Of a stretch of DNA of 64,000 bases, positions 50,997-60,996 are shown piece by piece. Made by a program: the position numbers and the translations under genes. The stretch comes from an uncultured Verrucomicrobiae bacterium (GTDB lineage Bacteria > Verrucomicrobiota > Verrucomicrobiia > Chthoniobacterales > Chthoniobacteraceae): the NCBI GenBank assembly GCA_963769025.1, contig CAVYKI010000009.1, positions 1,024,001 through 1,088,000 of the forward strand. The letters are read 5' to 3'. The notes beneath the pieces are model-generated. The model searched no databases. It was given only the letters and a program-made list of their open reading frames with translations, and was not told where the DNA came from. How positions within the stretch are numbered: position 1 is the stretch's first letter; every line of letters begins with the position of its first letter.

Positions 50997-53213
50997 CTAC
51001 TTCGAGGCGGCCGTGTTTTTTTCCGTCGAGGCCGTGGCCGGGGGATTGCGGCTCAATTCGATGAGATCCTTCAGGATGTTGATGCTCTCGCTGCGAATCG
51101 GGTCGATCTTTGCCGCAGAGTCTTCTGCCGCCAGCTCGCCATCATCGTCTGCAGCCTCGTCGGGCTTGGCCTCATCGCCCTTCTTTACAGCAGTCTCCTT
51201 CGCGGTCTTCTTCTCCTTCTTGAGCTGAAGCTCCGGCTCGGCAGCATTGTCCAAAGTGACGCTGTAAACCTTGTCCTCCGGGACCTTCAGCTTCGCCCGC
51301 TCTGCGGTTCGCTTTTCCTTTCGGGCCTTGTCTTCGTCGAGTTCCGCGCGCCGGACCTTCTCGTTCAGCGACACCTTGTTCTCGGCGATCCTCGTCCTCG
51401 TGCGCGCCATGTCTTCGAGAATCCACTGGAATTCTGCATCCTTGGCCATCCGCGCGGCTGAGCGCTGCTTCAGCTCCGGCTTGTAGAGCGGCAGCTCCCA
51501 CTTGTCATACGCCACCGGCTCGATCGTGTCGTAAGGCATCGGGTTTTTCAGCGCGACTTCGCCGATGTCAGCCTGATCCCAGAGCGACGGCAGCTTGACG
51601 TCGGACGTGACGCCCTGCAGCTGCGTGGAGCCGCCGGAAATGCGGTAGAACTTCTGGATGGTCAGCTTCAGCGCTCCGGCTTCGTTTCCGGTGGCCTTCC
51701 CGCTCAGCGAAAGCGGGATGATGTTCCCCAGTTCCACCATCGTCTGCACGGTGCCTTTGCCGAAAGTGGTCGAATCGCCGACGACCACGGCACGATTGTA
51801 GTCCTGCAATGCTGCGGCAAAAATCTCGCTCGCGGACGCGCTGAGCTTGTTGGTCACCACCAGCATCGGGCCTTCGTAGGTGACGCCCCGGTCGCGGTCG
51901 CGAAGCACCGAATTGCGGTTGTTGCTGTCGCGCGCCATCACCACGGGGCCGCTCTTGATGAAGAGCCCGGTCAGATTCACCGCTTCCTCCAGCGATCCGC
52001 CGCCATCGCGCCGCAGGTCCATCACCAGACCTTGGATGTTCTCTTTCTTCAGCCGATCGAGCAGCACGAGGATGTCCTTGGTCGTGCTCTTGGTCCCGGT
52101 CCGCTGCATGTCCGCATAAAATGACGGCAGGATGATCCATCCGATACGCACCGTCTTCCCGTCGGGACCCGTGCGGTCCACGATCTCGGCCTTTGCCTCC
52201 TGCTCCTTCAGCTTCACTTTCTGCCGCGTGATTTCCACCACCTTGCGCGCCGACGGGTCGGTCGCATTCACGGGAATCACACGCAGCCGGACGACCGTGC
52301 CTTCCTTGCCGCGAATCATCTCCACGACCTTGTCCAGCTTCATGTCCACGGCCTCGATGAAGTCCGCGTCGCCCTGCGCGACTGCGCTGATGCGGTCGCC
52401 CACCTTCAGCCGTCCGCTCTGCTCGGCCGGGCCGCCGGGGACGAGTTCGCGGATCTTTGCGTAGCCTTCCTCACTCGTCAGCACCGCGCCCACGCCCACG
52501 AGCTGCAGGCTCATGTTGATGTTGAAATTGTCCATCTGCGAGCGGCTCATGTACTCGGAATGCGGGTCGTAGGTCTCGCAGAGCACGCTCAGGAAACCCG
52601 CCATCACGTCCTCGTTCGTCTGCTCGTGCAGGCTCCGCAGCAACTGGTCGTAGCGCCGCGACACGACCTTCACGGGCGTCTCCAACTTGTCGTTCATCAG
52701 CGTGCGGTCGAGCAGTTCACCCTCAAGGCGGTCCTTCCATATCTGATCGGCCTCCGCGGCGTCCTTCGGCCAGGGCGATTTTTGCCGGTTCAGTTCGACG
52801 GTGCGCGTGCCCGTGAAATCAAATTTCTCTCCGAGCAACTTCTTCACCGAAACGACGCGATCCTCGACGCGCTTGCGGTACACATCGAACATCTTCACCG
52901 CGGGATCGAGGTCGCCGGCCATGATGCTGTCGTCCAGCGTCGTTGCGTATTTCGCGGAAAAACCGTCCACGTCCTTCTGCGTGAAAAACAGGTGATTGTA
53001 GTCCAGCCGTTCGAGGTAATTCTTGAGGAGCTGCCGCGACACCGAATCATCCAGCCGCCGCCGGCTGTAGTGGGCCTTTTCCAGCAGCTCGCCGACGGTC
53101 TGCGCGACCTTTGGTGCGATTTTTTTGAAGTCCGCCTCGTTCGCGCTCCGCGCCAGCGGAGTCAGAACGATGGATGCAACCACAGGCGCGACGAAACAGC
53201 GAAGGATGTTCAT
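50997..53213 (-). CDS. prc: Tail-specific (carboxy-terminal processing) protease, S41A
   Basis: YDPHSEY, PDZ GVGAVL, DLRRDGGGSL, SASASEIFAAALQDYNRA, GKGTVQ, GGSTQLQGV. Confidence 0.92.
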   Translation of the reverse strand: MNILRCFVAPVVASIVLTPLARSANEADFKKIAPKVAQTVGELLEKAHYSRRRLDDSVSRQLLKNYLERLDYNHLFFTQKDVDGFSAKYATTLDDSIMAGDLDPAVKMFDVYRKRVEDRVVSVKKLLGEKFDFTGTRTVELNRQKSPWPKDAAEADQIWKDRLEGELLDRTLMNDKLETPVKVVSRRYDQLLRSLHEQTNEDVMAGFLSVLCETYDPHSEYMSRSQMDNFNINMSLQLVGVGAVLTSEEGYAKIRELVPGGPAEQSGRLKVGDRISAVAQGDADFIEAVDMKLDKVVEMIRGKEGTVVRLRVIPVNATDPSARKVVEITRQKVKLKEQEAKAEIVDRTGPDGKTVRIGWIILPSFYADMQRTGTKSTTKDILVLLDRLKKENIQGLVMDLRRDGGGSLEEAVNLTGLFIKSGPVVMARDSNNRNSVLRDRDRGVTYEGPMLVVTNKLSASASEIFAAALQDYNRAVVVGDSTTFGKGTVQTMVELGNIIPLSLSGKATGNEAGALKLTIQKFYRISGGSTQLQGVTSDVKLPSLWDQADIGEVALKNPMPYDTIEPVAYDKWELPLYKPELKQRSAARMAKDAEFQWILEDMARTRTRIAENKVSLNEKVRRAELDEDKARKEKRTAERAKLKVPEDKVYSVTLDNAAEPELQLKKEKKTAKETAVKKGDEAKPDEAADDDGELAAEDSAAKIDPIRSESINILKDLIELSRNPPATASTEKNTAASK

Positions 53214-53376
53214 GGGATTATCGTGAAACGGCCCAGCAACGTGGCAGAGTTCCCCCGAATCGCAAGGCATTCGCGACCAAATTTCAGGCGCGATACTCCC
53301 AACGGCCCGAGGACGATACTCACGCGCCAGCCAGCGCTGGACATGCCGCCCGCGGATCGCGACTGTCCCCTCTCCC

Positions 53377-53991
53377 ATGGAAATCGACGTTTATACCGGC
53401 GGCCTCTTCGAAACCAACTGCTTCTACCTCCCCGCGCACGGCATCCTCATCGACGCCCCGGAGACCACCGCCGCTTGGCTGAAAAAGCGCGGCCACAAGG
53501 TGCGCACGCTGCTCCTCACCCACGCCCACGTGGACCATGTCTGGGACGCCGCCGCCATCCGCCGCGAACACGGCTGCAAGGTCGGCTATCACCCCGACGG
53601 CGTCGAGATGTTGACGGTCCCCGGCTTCTTCAAACGCCTCGGCATGGACTGGGAAATCGAACCCGTCCCCGCCGACTTCCTCATCGGGGAAACGCCCAGC
53701 CTCACCGTCGAGGGGCTCGAGTTCCAGGTCCTCCTCGTCCCCGGTCACTGTCCGGGCAGCCTTTGTTTCTTCGACAAAAAGGAGCGCATCCTCTTCGGCG
53801 GCGACGTCCTCTTCGCCGGCAGCATCGGCCGCACCGACCTCCCCCGGGGCGACCAACAGCTCCTCCTCGACGGCATCCGTGAAAAACTCTGGCCGCTCGG
53901 CGACGACGTCAAAGTCCTCCCCGGGCACGGTCCTGCGACGACCCTCGGCATCGAACGGAAAACCAATCCCTACGTCGGCGAAGGCGGGTAA
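53377..53991 (+). CDS. MBL-fold hydrolase (glyoxalase II/YcbL-like)
   Basis: THAHVDH, PGHCPGS, GDVLFAGSIGRTDLP, PGHG. Confidence 0.9.
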   Translation: MEIDVYTGGLFETNCFYLPAHGILIDAPETTAAWLKKRGHKVRTLLLTHAHVDHVWDAAAIRREHGCKVGYHPDGVEMLTVPGFFKRLGMDWEIEPVPADFLIGETPSLTVEGLEFQVLLVPGHCPGSLCFFDKKERILFGGDVLFAGSIGRTDLPRGDQQLLLDGIREKLWPLGDDVKVLPGHGPATTLGIERKTNPYVGEGG

Positions 53992-54151
53992 AGCGGACCG
54001 GCGAGGAAAGCCCGGATCCGCAGCAAGCAGCGATGCCCCCGCTGGGCCGCAATCGCCGCAATTACAAATGCGCAAAACGAGTGCTGCAGCCGGTCGCGTT
54101 CGAGTTTGAAAATTCTTGTCTGCGGTGCCGCCGAAAATATAGTAAACAGCC

Positions 54152-54913
54152 ATGAAGACTCCCCGCCGCACCTCCGCCTCGCTCTCAATCGTGTGCGCTC
54201 TCGCCCTCACGCACTTGCCCCAAATGATTGCCGCGCCAGCTCCTGAAGGAAATGCGAAGGCGCTCATGGAAGAGGCCAGGAAGAAGCAGACCGAACGGAA
54301 ACGCGCCGAGATGCAACGGGAATTGGACCGCGTCGCGGAGGATGTGAAAAAGGGGCGCCAGGAGCTCGGTGAGTTGGAAACGAGCATGTCCAAAGTCGGC
54401 TACGCGGTAGCCGAGACCAAGACCCAGATCGATCAACTCGCGGGCCGAAAAAAGCGCGCCGGCCAGGACTTGGAATTGCTGCCGATGCGGATGGAGGCTG
54501 ATCGCCTGAAAACAGATGCCCTCAACCTTCTCAACGCCGCTCATGCCAAAGCGGGGGAAGCCATCAAGAGGCGGCAGGAAGAGCTTGAGTTGAAAGCGGC
54601 ACTGGTCGCCGCGCAGCTGCACAAACTCGAGGACGCGGAGATCGGCGCAGAGCCCGGTGCCAAGGGTGAGTCGGTGCCGACAGTGACGGAGTTGCAAAAG
54701 AGTCTTCAAAAGGCCGAGGATCGGAGCGCGCTAGCGACGGTGCGCGCTCGCGAGGCCATGGACGCTGCCGCTGCGAAGCTCCAACAGGCCGAGGCCGCAG
54801 CCGCCAAGGCGGAAAAAAAGCAGGCTGAATTCGAAAAGGAAAACGCCTCTCCCGCCCCCGGCGCCGCCGGCACCGAGCCCGTCACCACACTCAAGGCAAA
54901 AAAGACCCGCTGA
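54152..54913 (+). CDS. Secreted coiled-coil hypothetical protein
   Basis: Signal-like N terminus, E/K/A-rich heptads throughout. Confidence 0.6.
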   Translation: MKTPRRTSASLSIVCALALTHLPQMIAAPAPEGNAKALMEEARKKQTERKRAEMQRELDRVAEDVKKGRQELGELETSMSKVGYAVAETKTQIDQLAGRKKRAGQDLELLPMRMEADRLKTDALNLLNAAHAKAGEAIKRRQEELELKAALVAAQLHKLEDAEIGAEPGAKGESVPTVTELQKSLQKAEDRSALATVRAREAMDAAAAKLQQAEAAAAKAEKKQAEFEKENASPAPGAAGTEPVTTLKAKKTR

Positions 54914-55175
54914 AAGGCTGCGGGTTTCCCGACTGCGAGCCCGCACCGCATCGATCTTCGCTGCGAGAGACGCTCGCTCCTGCCTACCCGGTGGAAAGCG
55001 CCCACTGGGCGCCCGATCTCCGAATCGGCTTCCCCCCTCCCCGTGCGCAAGTCAACGCCGCAAAAACTGCCGCTGTCGCGTTTCAACGGACGATGCCAAC
55101 GCGAGCCTTCGCGATCCTATCCCGCGACAGTCGGCAGGAGAAGCATCGCTCGATACCGCGTGTGAACCCGGCCGC

Positions 55176-56675
55176 CTACGCGACCGCTGGCACCACGTAA
55201 GGCGTGCGGTAGTCGCGGGTGAGAAGCTTGTCCGCCTCGGCGTTGCCGATGAACTTCTCCGTCTTCGGATCCATCGTGAGATGTTCGCCGACGGTCAGAT
55301 GATCCTTCGCGATGTCCACGCCGTTCTTGGCGAGATGCTCCTTCATCCGCTCGAAGCTGTCCGCGGCCTCCTTGTTGCCCTTCACTTTTTCGAGGATGGC
55401 ACCGGGTGCCTGCTTCTTGCCGAGTTGAATGGAGATGTTCGCCGTGTGGCAGAGCGCGCTGCTGAGGTGACCATCGAGGATTTCGGCGTTGAGTTCACCC
55501 GGCTTGCGGCTGCGGATGGCCTTGCTCCAGTTCTGGTGATGGCTGTCCTGCCCTTCCGTGCTGTCGGCCTTGGCGGTGTCGGGCGCGTCCTTCGGCCCTT
55601 TGAAATTGCCGAAACGCTTCACGAGCTTGCCGTCCTTGTCGAACGCGCCGCAGCCGGTATAGCTCGGCACCTCGATGTGGCCGCCTTCGTATTGGATATA
55701 AACGCCGACGCCGTTGTTCCCGCGATAGTCGTCCATTTTCTCAATGCCTGTCGCCTGCGGGAGGCCGCGCACCTCGAAGATGAGCTGCGCGGTCGCATAC
55801 TCATGCATGACGAACATCGTGTTCGGCGTCTCGCCGTCATCAATGTAGCCGAGCCGTCCGCCGACGCTCCAGATTTTCGGCGAAAGCGCCTGCTCGCCCA
55901 TGAACCAGCGCGCGATGTCCATCTGGTGGATGCCCTGGTTGCCGAGGTCGCCGTTGCCCGTGTCCCACACCCAGTGCCAGTCGTAGTGGAGTTTCTTGCG
56001 CATGAGCGGCTTCACCTGCGCGGGGCCAAACCACAGGTCCTGATCGATGCCCGCGGGCCAAGGCGTGGGGGCGTCCACCTTGCCGATGCTCGGGCGACGC
56101 TTGTAGCACGTGCCACGTGCCCAGAGGAGCTTGCCGAGATTCCCAGCCTGTCCCCATTTCACCGCCTGCTGCAGGCCGATGCTCGAACGGCTCTGCGTGC
56201 CGCATTGCACGATACGCCCGTACTTCTTCGCCGCCTCGGCGAGCACGCGGCCCTCGAAGACATTGTGCGAAACGGGCTTTTCCACATACGCGTCCTTGCC
56301 CGCCTGGCACGCCCAGATGCCGATCAGCGCATGCCAGTGATTCGGCGTCGCGGTGGAAATGGCGTCAATTTCCTTCGAATCGAGCATCTTCCTCACGTCG
56401 GTGAACGTGGAGACGTTCGCATTCTTCTTGGAGAGGCTGTCCTTGCCCTTCGCGAGCACCTTCTCGTCCACGTCGCACAACGCGGTGATTTTCACGCCGT
56501 TGATCTTGAGCATGTCGCTGATGTGCGATCCGCCACGGCCATTGAAGCCGACCACGCCGACGCGGATGTCGCTGCCCGGCGACTGCGAGCGGGCGATGGC
56601 CGGGAACCCGAGAGCGCTGGCGGCGAGGGCGGATGTCTTGATGAAGGAACGGCGGGAGTATGATGGGAGGGACAT
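55176..56675 (-). CDS. Gfo/Idh/MocA oxidoreductase with Tat signal
   Basis: SRRSFIK, VGFNGRG, ATPNHWH, YVEKP, GNQGIHQMD. Confidence 0.92.
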   Translation of the reverse strand: MSLPSYSRRSFIKTSALAASALGFPAIARSQSPGSDIRVGVVGFNGRGGSHISDMLKINGVKITALCDVDEKVLAKGKDSLSKKNANVSTFTDVRKMLDSKEIDAISTATPNHWHALIGIWACQAGKDAYVEKPVSHNVFEGRVLAEAAKKYGRIVQCGTQSRSSIGLQQAVKWGQAGNLGKLLWARGTCYKRRPSIGKVDAPTPWPAGIDQDLWFGPAQVKPLMRKKLHYDWHWVWDTGNGDLGNQGIHQMDIARWFMGEQALSPKIWSVGGRLGYIDDGETPNTMFVMHEYATAQLIFEVRGLPQATGIEKMDDYRGNNGVGVYIQYEGGHIEVPSYTGCGAFDKDGKLVKRFGNFKGPKDAPDTAKADSTEGQDSHHQNWSKAIRSRKPGELNAEILDGHLSSALCHTANISIQLGKKQAPGAILEKVKGNKEAADSFERMKEHLAKNGVDIAKDHLTVGEHLTMDPKTEKFIGNAEADKLLTRDYRTPYVVPAVA

Positions 56676-56841
56676 GGTGGGAGGGTCGTTGGGTGGCAGA
56701 GGTAATCAGAAAACCGGCGCGGGGTTAAAGGGAAACTTTTGCGATCCGCCATTTGCAGCATTCGTTCCTTCGGCACCCGGTCGGCGACGATGGCAGGACG
56801 CTAATTGACTTTTCCGCGCGGTCGGGCATTTCACTCCGCCC

Positions 56842-58044
56842 ATGTCGCCCACCCGAGCACTTCGTTTCGTCCCCTCCTTCATCCTCACAGCAGCCTGGAT
56901 GTCCTCCGCAGCGATGGCGCAGTTCACCGTGGGAGGAACCGGCGGCGGGACTCCCGGATCCGGACTCAGCATCGCAGGCGACATGATCGACAACATCCTC
57001 GTGCCGCGCGTGGGTGCCACACTCACGGCATCGCCTTCTTCGCCCGCGTTGAATCTCGGCACATTCGATATCGTCATCCAAGCCGGTTCGTCGCTCTCCG
57101 GAAATGCCGCGGCGCTGGCGGCGTTCAACCGCGCCGCTCAGGCATGGGAGGCTCGCATTTCCAACCCGGTCACCATCACGATCAATGCGGATCTCGCGTC
57201 GCTAGGGAGTGGCATCATCGGGAGCGCGAGTTCGGTGATTCTCCAGGGCGAATACAGCGAGATTCGCGACCAGCTCGTGAGCAACGCCACCAAACCGATC
57301 ACCGCGAGCCTGCCGACCGCCGCGCAGTTCAGCGCCACCGTTCCCGCAGGCACCTCGTATAACGGAATGGTCCTCGGGACGAAGGCGAACCTGAAGGCCA
57401 TGGGCTTCGGGGGGCTCGACGAGGACTTCGGCATCAGCGATGCCACCATCACCTTCAGCAACAGCTTTTCGTTCGACTACGACAACAGCGACGGCGTCGG
57501 CGCGGGCATGATGGATTTCGAGACCGTGGCCGCTCACGAAATCGGACACGCCTTGGGATTCACCTCCATCGTGGATTCCGTCAATGCCGGCGCGACCTCA
57601 TTCGGCCCCATGGTGCTCGACCTCTACCGCTTCGCGAACAATACCGCAGCCGATCCTTCCACGACCGGGGAGTTCACGAATTTCTCCCGCAACCTCGTCC
57701 CCGGCACCGACGCCATCACCGACATCATCAATGGCTTCGCCGCCGAACGCCGGATGTCCACAGGAGTCTCCAGCATGACCTTTCCTGGCACAGACGGACG
57801 CCAGGCGAGCCACTGGAAGGCGGACGAGCTCACGGGGGAATACATCGGCATGATGGATCCGACGCTCGAATTCGGCGTCGCACAGTCGCTGACCGAGGCT
57901 GATTTCGAAGCGTTGGGCCTGATCGGCTACAACATCTCGCCGGTGCCGGAGTTTTCGAACGGCATCTTCGGCCTCGCCTGCGTGCTCAGCGCCCTCGGTC
58001 TCCGGCGCAGGCGCGCCGCGCACGCCGCCCCCGGGACGCGCTAG
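56842..58044 (+). CDS. PEP-CTERM-sorted zinc metalloprotease (NF038122-like)
   Basis: ANLKAMG, AHEIGHALGF, LDLYRF, QASHWK, MDP, C-terminal VPEF + TM + RRRR. Confidence 0.85.
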   Translation: MSPTRALRFVPSFILTAAWMSSAAMAQFTVGGTGGGTPGSGLSIAGDMIDNILVPRVGATLTASPSSPALNLGTFDIVIQAGSSLSGNAAALAAFNRAAQAWEARISNPVTITINADLASLGSGIIGSASSVILQGEYSEIRDQLVSNATKPITASLPTAAQFSATVPAGTSYNGMVLGTKANLKAMGFGGLDEDFGISDATITFSNSFSFDYDNSDGVGAGMMDFETVAAHEIGHALGFTSIVDSVNAGATSFGPMVLDLYRFANNTAADPSTTGEFTNFSRNLVPGTDAITDIINGFAAERRMSTGVSSMTFPGTDGRQASHWKADELTGEYIGMMDPTLEFGVAQSLTEADFEALGLIGYNISPVPEFSNGIFGLACVLSALGLRRRRAAHAAPGTR

Positions 58045-58884
58045 CCGAGCGCGTCCAGCGCGTCGTGGTCGATCGTCACGAGACGCCTTTGCTTCGAGCC
58101 CAGCTTCGGGATGCACTGGATGAGCGCCTTGGTGTAAGCATGCTGCGGATCGCGCAGCACGTCCGCGGTGGTTCCGGCCTCGACGATTTTGCCGCGGAAC
58201 ATGACGGCGACCTTGTCGGCGAAATGTCGCTGATGATGCCGAAATTGTGCGTGATGAGGATGATCGCCATGTCGAGCTTCGTGCGCAGCTCGCGGAACTG
58301 ATCCATGATTTGCGCCTGGATGGTCACGTCGAGCGCGGTGGTCGGCTCGTCGGCGACGAGCAGGTCGGGCTGGCACGATAGCGCCATGGCGATCATCACG
58401 CGCTGCTGCATGCCGCCGCTGAGCTGGTGCGGATAGTCGTGCAGGCGCTTGGCGGGATCGATGATGCCGACGAGGTCGAGGTACTTGATGATCTCCGCGT
58501 CCATGTCCTTCACCTCGGGCCGGTGCAGCGCGATGGCCTCGGCGATCTGGTTGCGGATGGTGAAGACGGGATTCAGCGACGTGCCCGGCTCCTGGAAAAA
58601 TGTAGGCGATGCGCCCGCCGCGGAGCTTGCGCAGCTCGTCGGGCTTCATCTTCAGCACTTCCTTCCCGTCGAAGAGGATTTCACCTGACACATAGCGCGC
58701 CGGCGGCTCCGGCAGCAGCCGCGTGAGCGCGAGGCCGGTGACGCTTTTCCCGCTCCCGCTCTCGCCGACGATCGCGAGCGTCTCACCCTTCTCCAGCGTG
58801 AAGGTAGATGCCCTTCACGGCCTTCACGACGCCGTTCTCGGTGTGGAAGTGGATGGCGAGATTGCGGATGTCGAGGAGCGGCAT
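58041..58884 (-). CDS. Peptide ABC transporter ATP-binding protein (DppD/OppD-like), frameshifted
   Basis: [31 protein letters not shown] across frames. Confidence 0.88.
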
Positions 58885-58889
58885 GGGAA

Positions 58890-59988
58890 TCAACTGCGTT
58901 TGGGATCGAAGGCGCGGCGGAGGGCGTCACCGAAGAGATTGAGCGAAAGGACGAGGCCGAAGAGCGCGGCGGTGGCGGCGGTGAGATTCCACCAGACCAT
59001 CGGCTCGCGGCTGAGTTCGCTGCGCGCGCCGTCGATCATCGCGCCCCAGCTCGGCGTGCCGACGGGCGAGCCGACGCCGAGGTAGCTGAGCATCGCCTCG
59101 GCGAGCACGATGCCGCAGAAGCCGAGGACGAATTTGATCAGCACGAGGTGCATGACGTTCGGCAGCAGATGGCGCGTGAGGATCTTCCAAGTGCTCTGCC
59201 CGAGCGCGCGCGCCGCTGCGACATACGTGCGCTCGGCCTGGCGCATCGTCTCGCCGCGGATGAGGCGGCAGAGGTCCGACCCAGCATCGTGACGCCAAGC
59301 GCGAGCGCCATGGAGAGCAGGCCCTTGCCCAGCACGAGCAGCATGGAGACGAGCAGCAGGATCTGCGGGATGCTCGCGAGCGTGGAATAGACGTACTGGA
59401 TCACGTCATCCACCCACCGGCGGAAGTAGCCCGACGATGAGGCCGAGCAGCGTGCCGAGCGATGATGTAGATCACGCTGGTGACCCCGCCGAGCAGCAGC
59501 GCCGTTCTGCAGGCGCGCAACGTTTCCACGAGCGTGTCCTTGCCCAGCGCGGTCGTGCCGAGAACGTGCGTGCCGGTGATGCGATACCGCTGCGCGCTCT
59601 TGAGTTTCGCCGGGTCTCCGCTCGCCTCGGCCGCGGCGACCTCGGATTCCTTCGAGAGTTGGATTTTCGCAAATGGCGCGCTGTAGCTGCGCTCCTGCGG
59701 AATGCCGCTGGTCAGACGCTTGAGCCCGCTCTCCCATGCGCCGTCGCCCGCAGGCACGCGGATGGTTTCCGCGACGCCGATGAGCAGGTAGAGCGCAATG
59801 ATGCACGCGGAGGCGATGCCCACGCGGTCCTTCCGGAAGCGGCGGAACGCGATCCGCCATTGTTCATCGTGGCGCCCCCACCACACGACGGCGGCCAGTG
59901 CGGCGAAGCCGAGCGCAACGAGGCTGTTTTGCACGACCGGCCGCTCGATCCAGTCTGCGAGTTGTGAAAGTGTGCTTGCGTCGGCCAT
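58890..59988 (-). CDS. Peptide ABC transporter permease (DppC-like), frameshifted
   Basis: HVLGTTALGKD, YVAAARALG...HLLPN, EAMLSYLG...PSWG. Confidence 0.88.
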
Positions 59989-59991
59989 GGT

Positions 59992-60990
59992 CTATTTGAG
60001 GCGGATGCGCGGATCGGCGATGGCGTAGCAGATGTCCGTGAGCATCAGGCCGAGGAGGTAGAGCAGCGAGCCGACGAAGACCGCGGCGCGGACGATCGCG
60101 AAATCCTGCTTCTGGATCGCGTTCACCACGAGGCCGCCGAGGCCGGGGATGCCGAAGAAATTCTCGATGAGCAGCGATCCCATGATGAGCAGCGGCAGAT
60201 ACGCGACGATGAGCGTGATGAGCGAGATGGCGCCGTTTTTCAGCACGTGCTTGAAGAGCACGCCGCGCGGGCTCACGCCCTTCGCCTGCGCGGTCCGCAC
60301 GTAGTCCTGCGCGATTTCCTCGAGAAAGATGGATCGGTAGAGACGCACGTCCGCGCCGAGATAGATGATGGCCATGACGCTGACCGGCAGGACGAGGAAC
60401 CGCAGCGTGCCCCACCCTTGCAGGTCGAAGCCGAAAACCGGGAACCATTTCAACGACACCGCGACGAGGCTCTGCGCCGTGATGATGTACGCCATCGGCA
60501 CGACGCTCATGAGAATGGCGCACGCGATCGTCATGCCGGTGTCGAGCGCGGAGGCACGGTACATCACCTGCACGAGGGCAAGGCCGACGGCGAGGAGGAA
60601 GCCGACGACAAGCGCGGGCGCCGTGATGAGCAGCGAAGGGATCGCGCCGGCGCGGATCTTCTGGCCGATGGGCTCCCGGTTGAAGTCGGACTCGCCGAAA
60701 TCAAAGGTCGCAAAGCCTTTCATCTGCTGGATGAAGATGGAGTCCGTCCACGGCTTGTCCGCGTGGTAAAACTGGTCGCGCGACCACGCGGTGTTCACGA
60801 GCAGCGGCTTGTCGTAGCCGCGTTCGCGGAGCCAGTTGTTCACCTCGACGGGCGTGGCGCGCTGGCCGAGCTGCGCGCGGGCCATCGTCTCGCGGGTCTG
60901 CACGACGAAGAAGAGGATGAACGTGATCAGCATCACTCCAAAGACGATCGGGATCGCGTAGAGCAGGCGGCGGATGATGTAGGAATACAT
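59992..60990 (-). CDS. Peptide ABC transporter permease (DppB-like)
   Basis: YIIRRLL, FDFGES, QDYVRTAQAKG, HVLKN, ENFFGIPGLG, DPRIR. Confidence 0.92.
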   Translation of the reverse strand: MYSYIIRRLLYAIPIVFGVMLITFILFFVVQTRETMARAQLGQRATPVEVNNWLRERGYDKPLLVNTAWSRDQFYHADKPWTDSIFIQQMKGFATFDFGESDFNREPIGQKIRAGAIPSLLITAPALVVGFLLAVGLALVQVMYRASALDTGMTIACAILMSVVPMAYIITAQSLVAVSLKWFPVFGFDLQGWGTLRFLVLPVSVMAIIYLGADVRLYRSIFLEEIAQDYVRTAQAKGVSPRGVLFKHVLKNGAISLITLIVAYLPLLIMGSLLIENFFGIPGLGGLVVNAIQKQDFAIVRAAVFVGSLLYLLGLMLTDICYAIADPRIRLK

Positions 60991-60996
60991 GGCGTG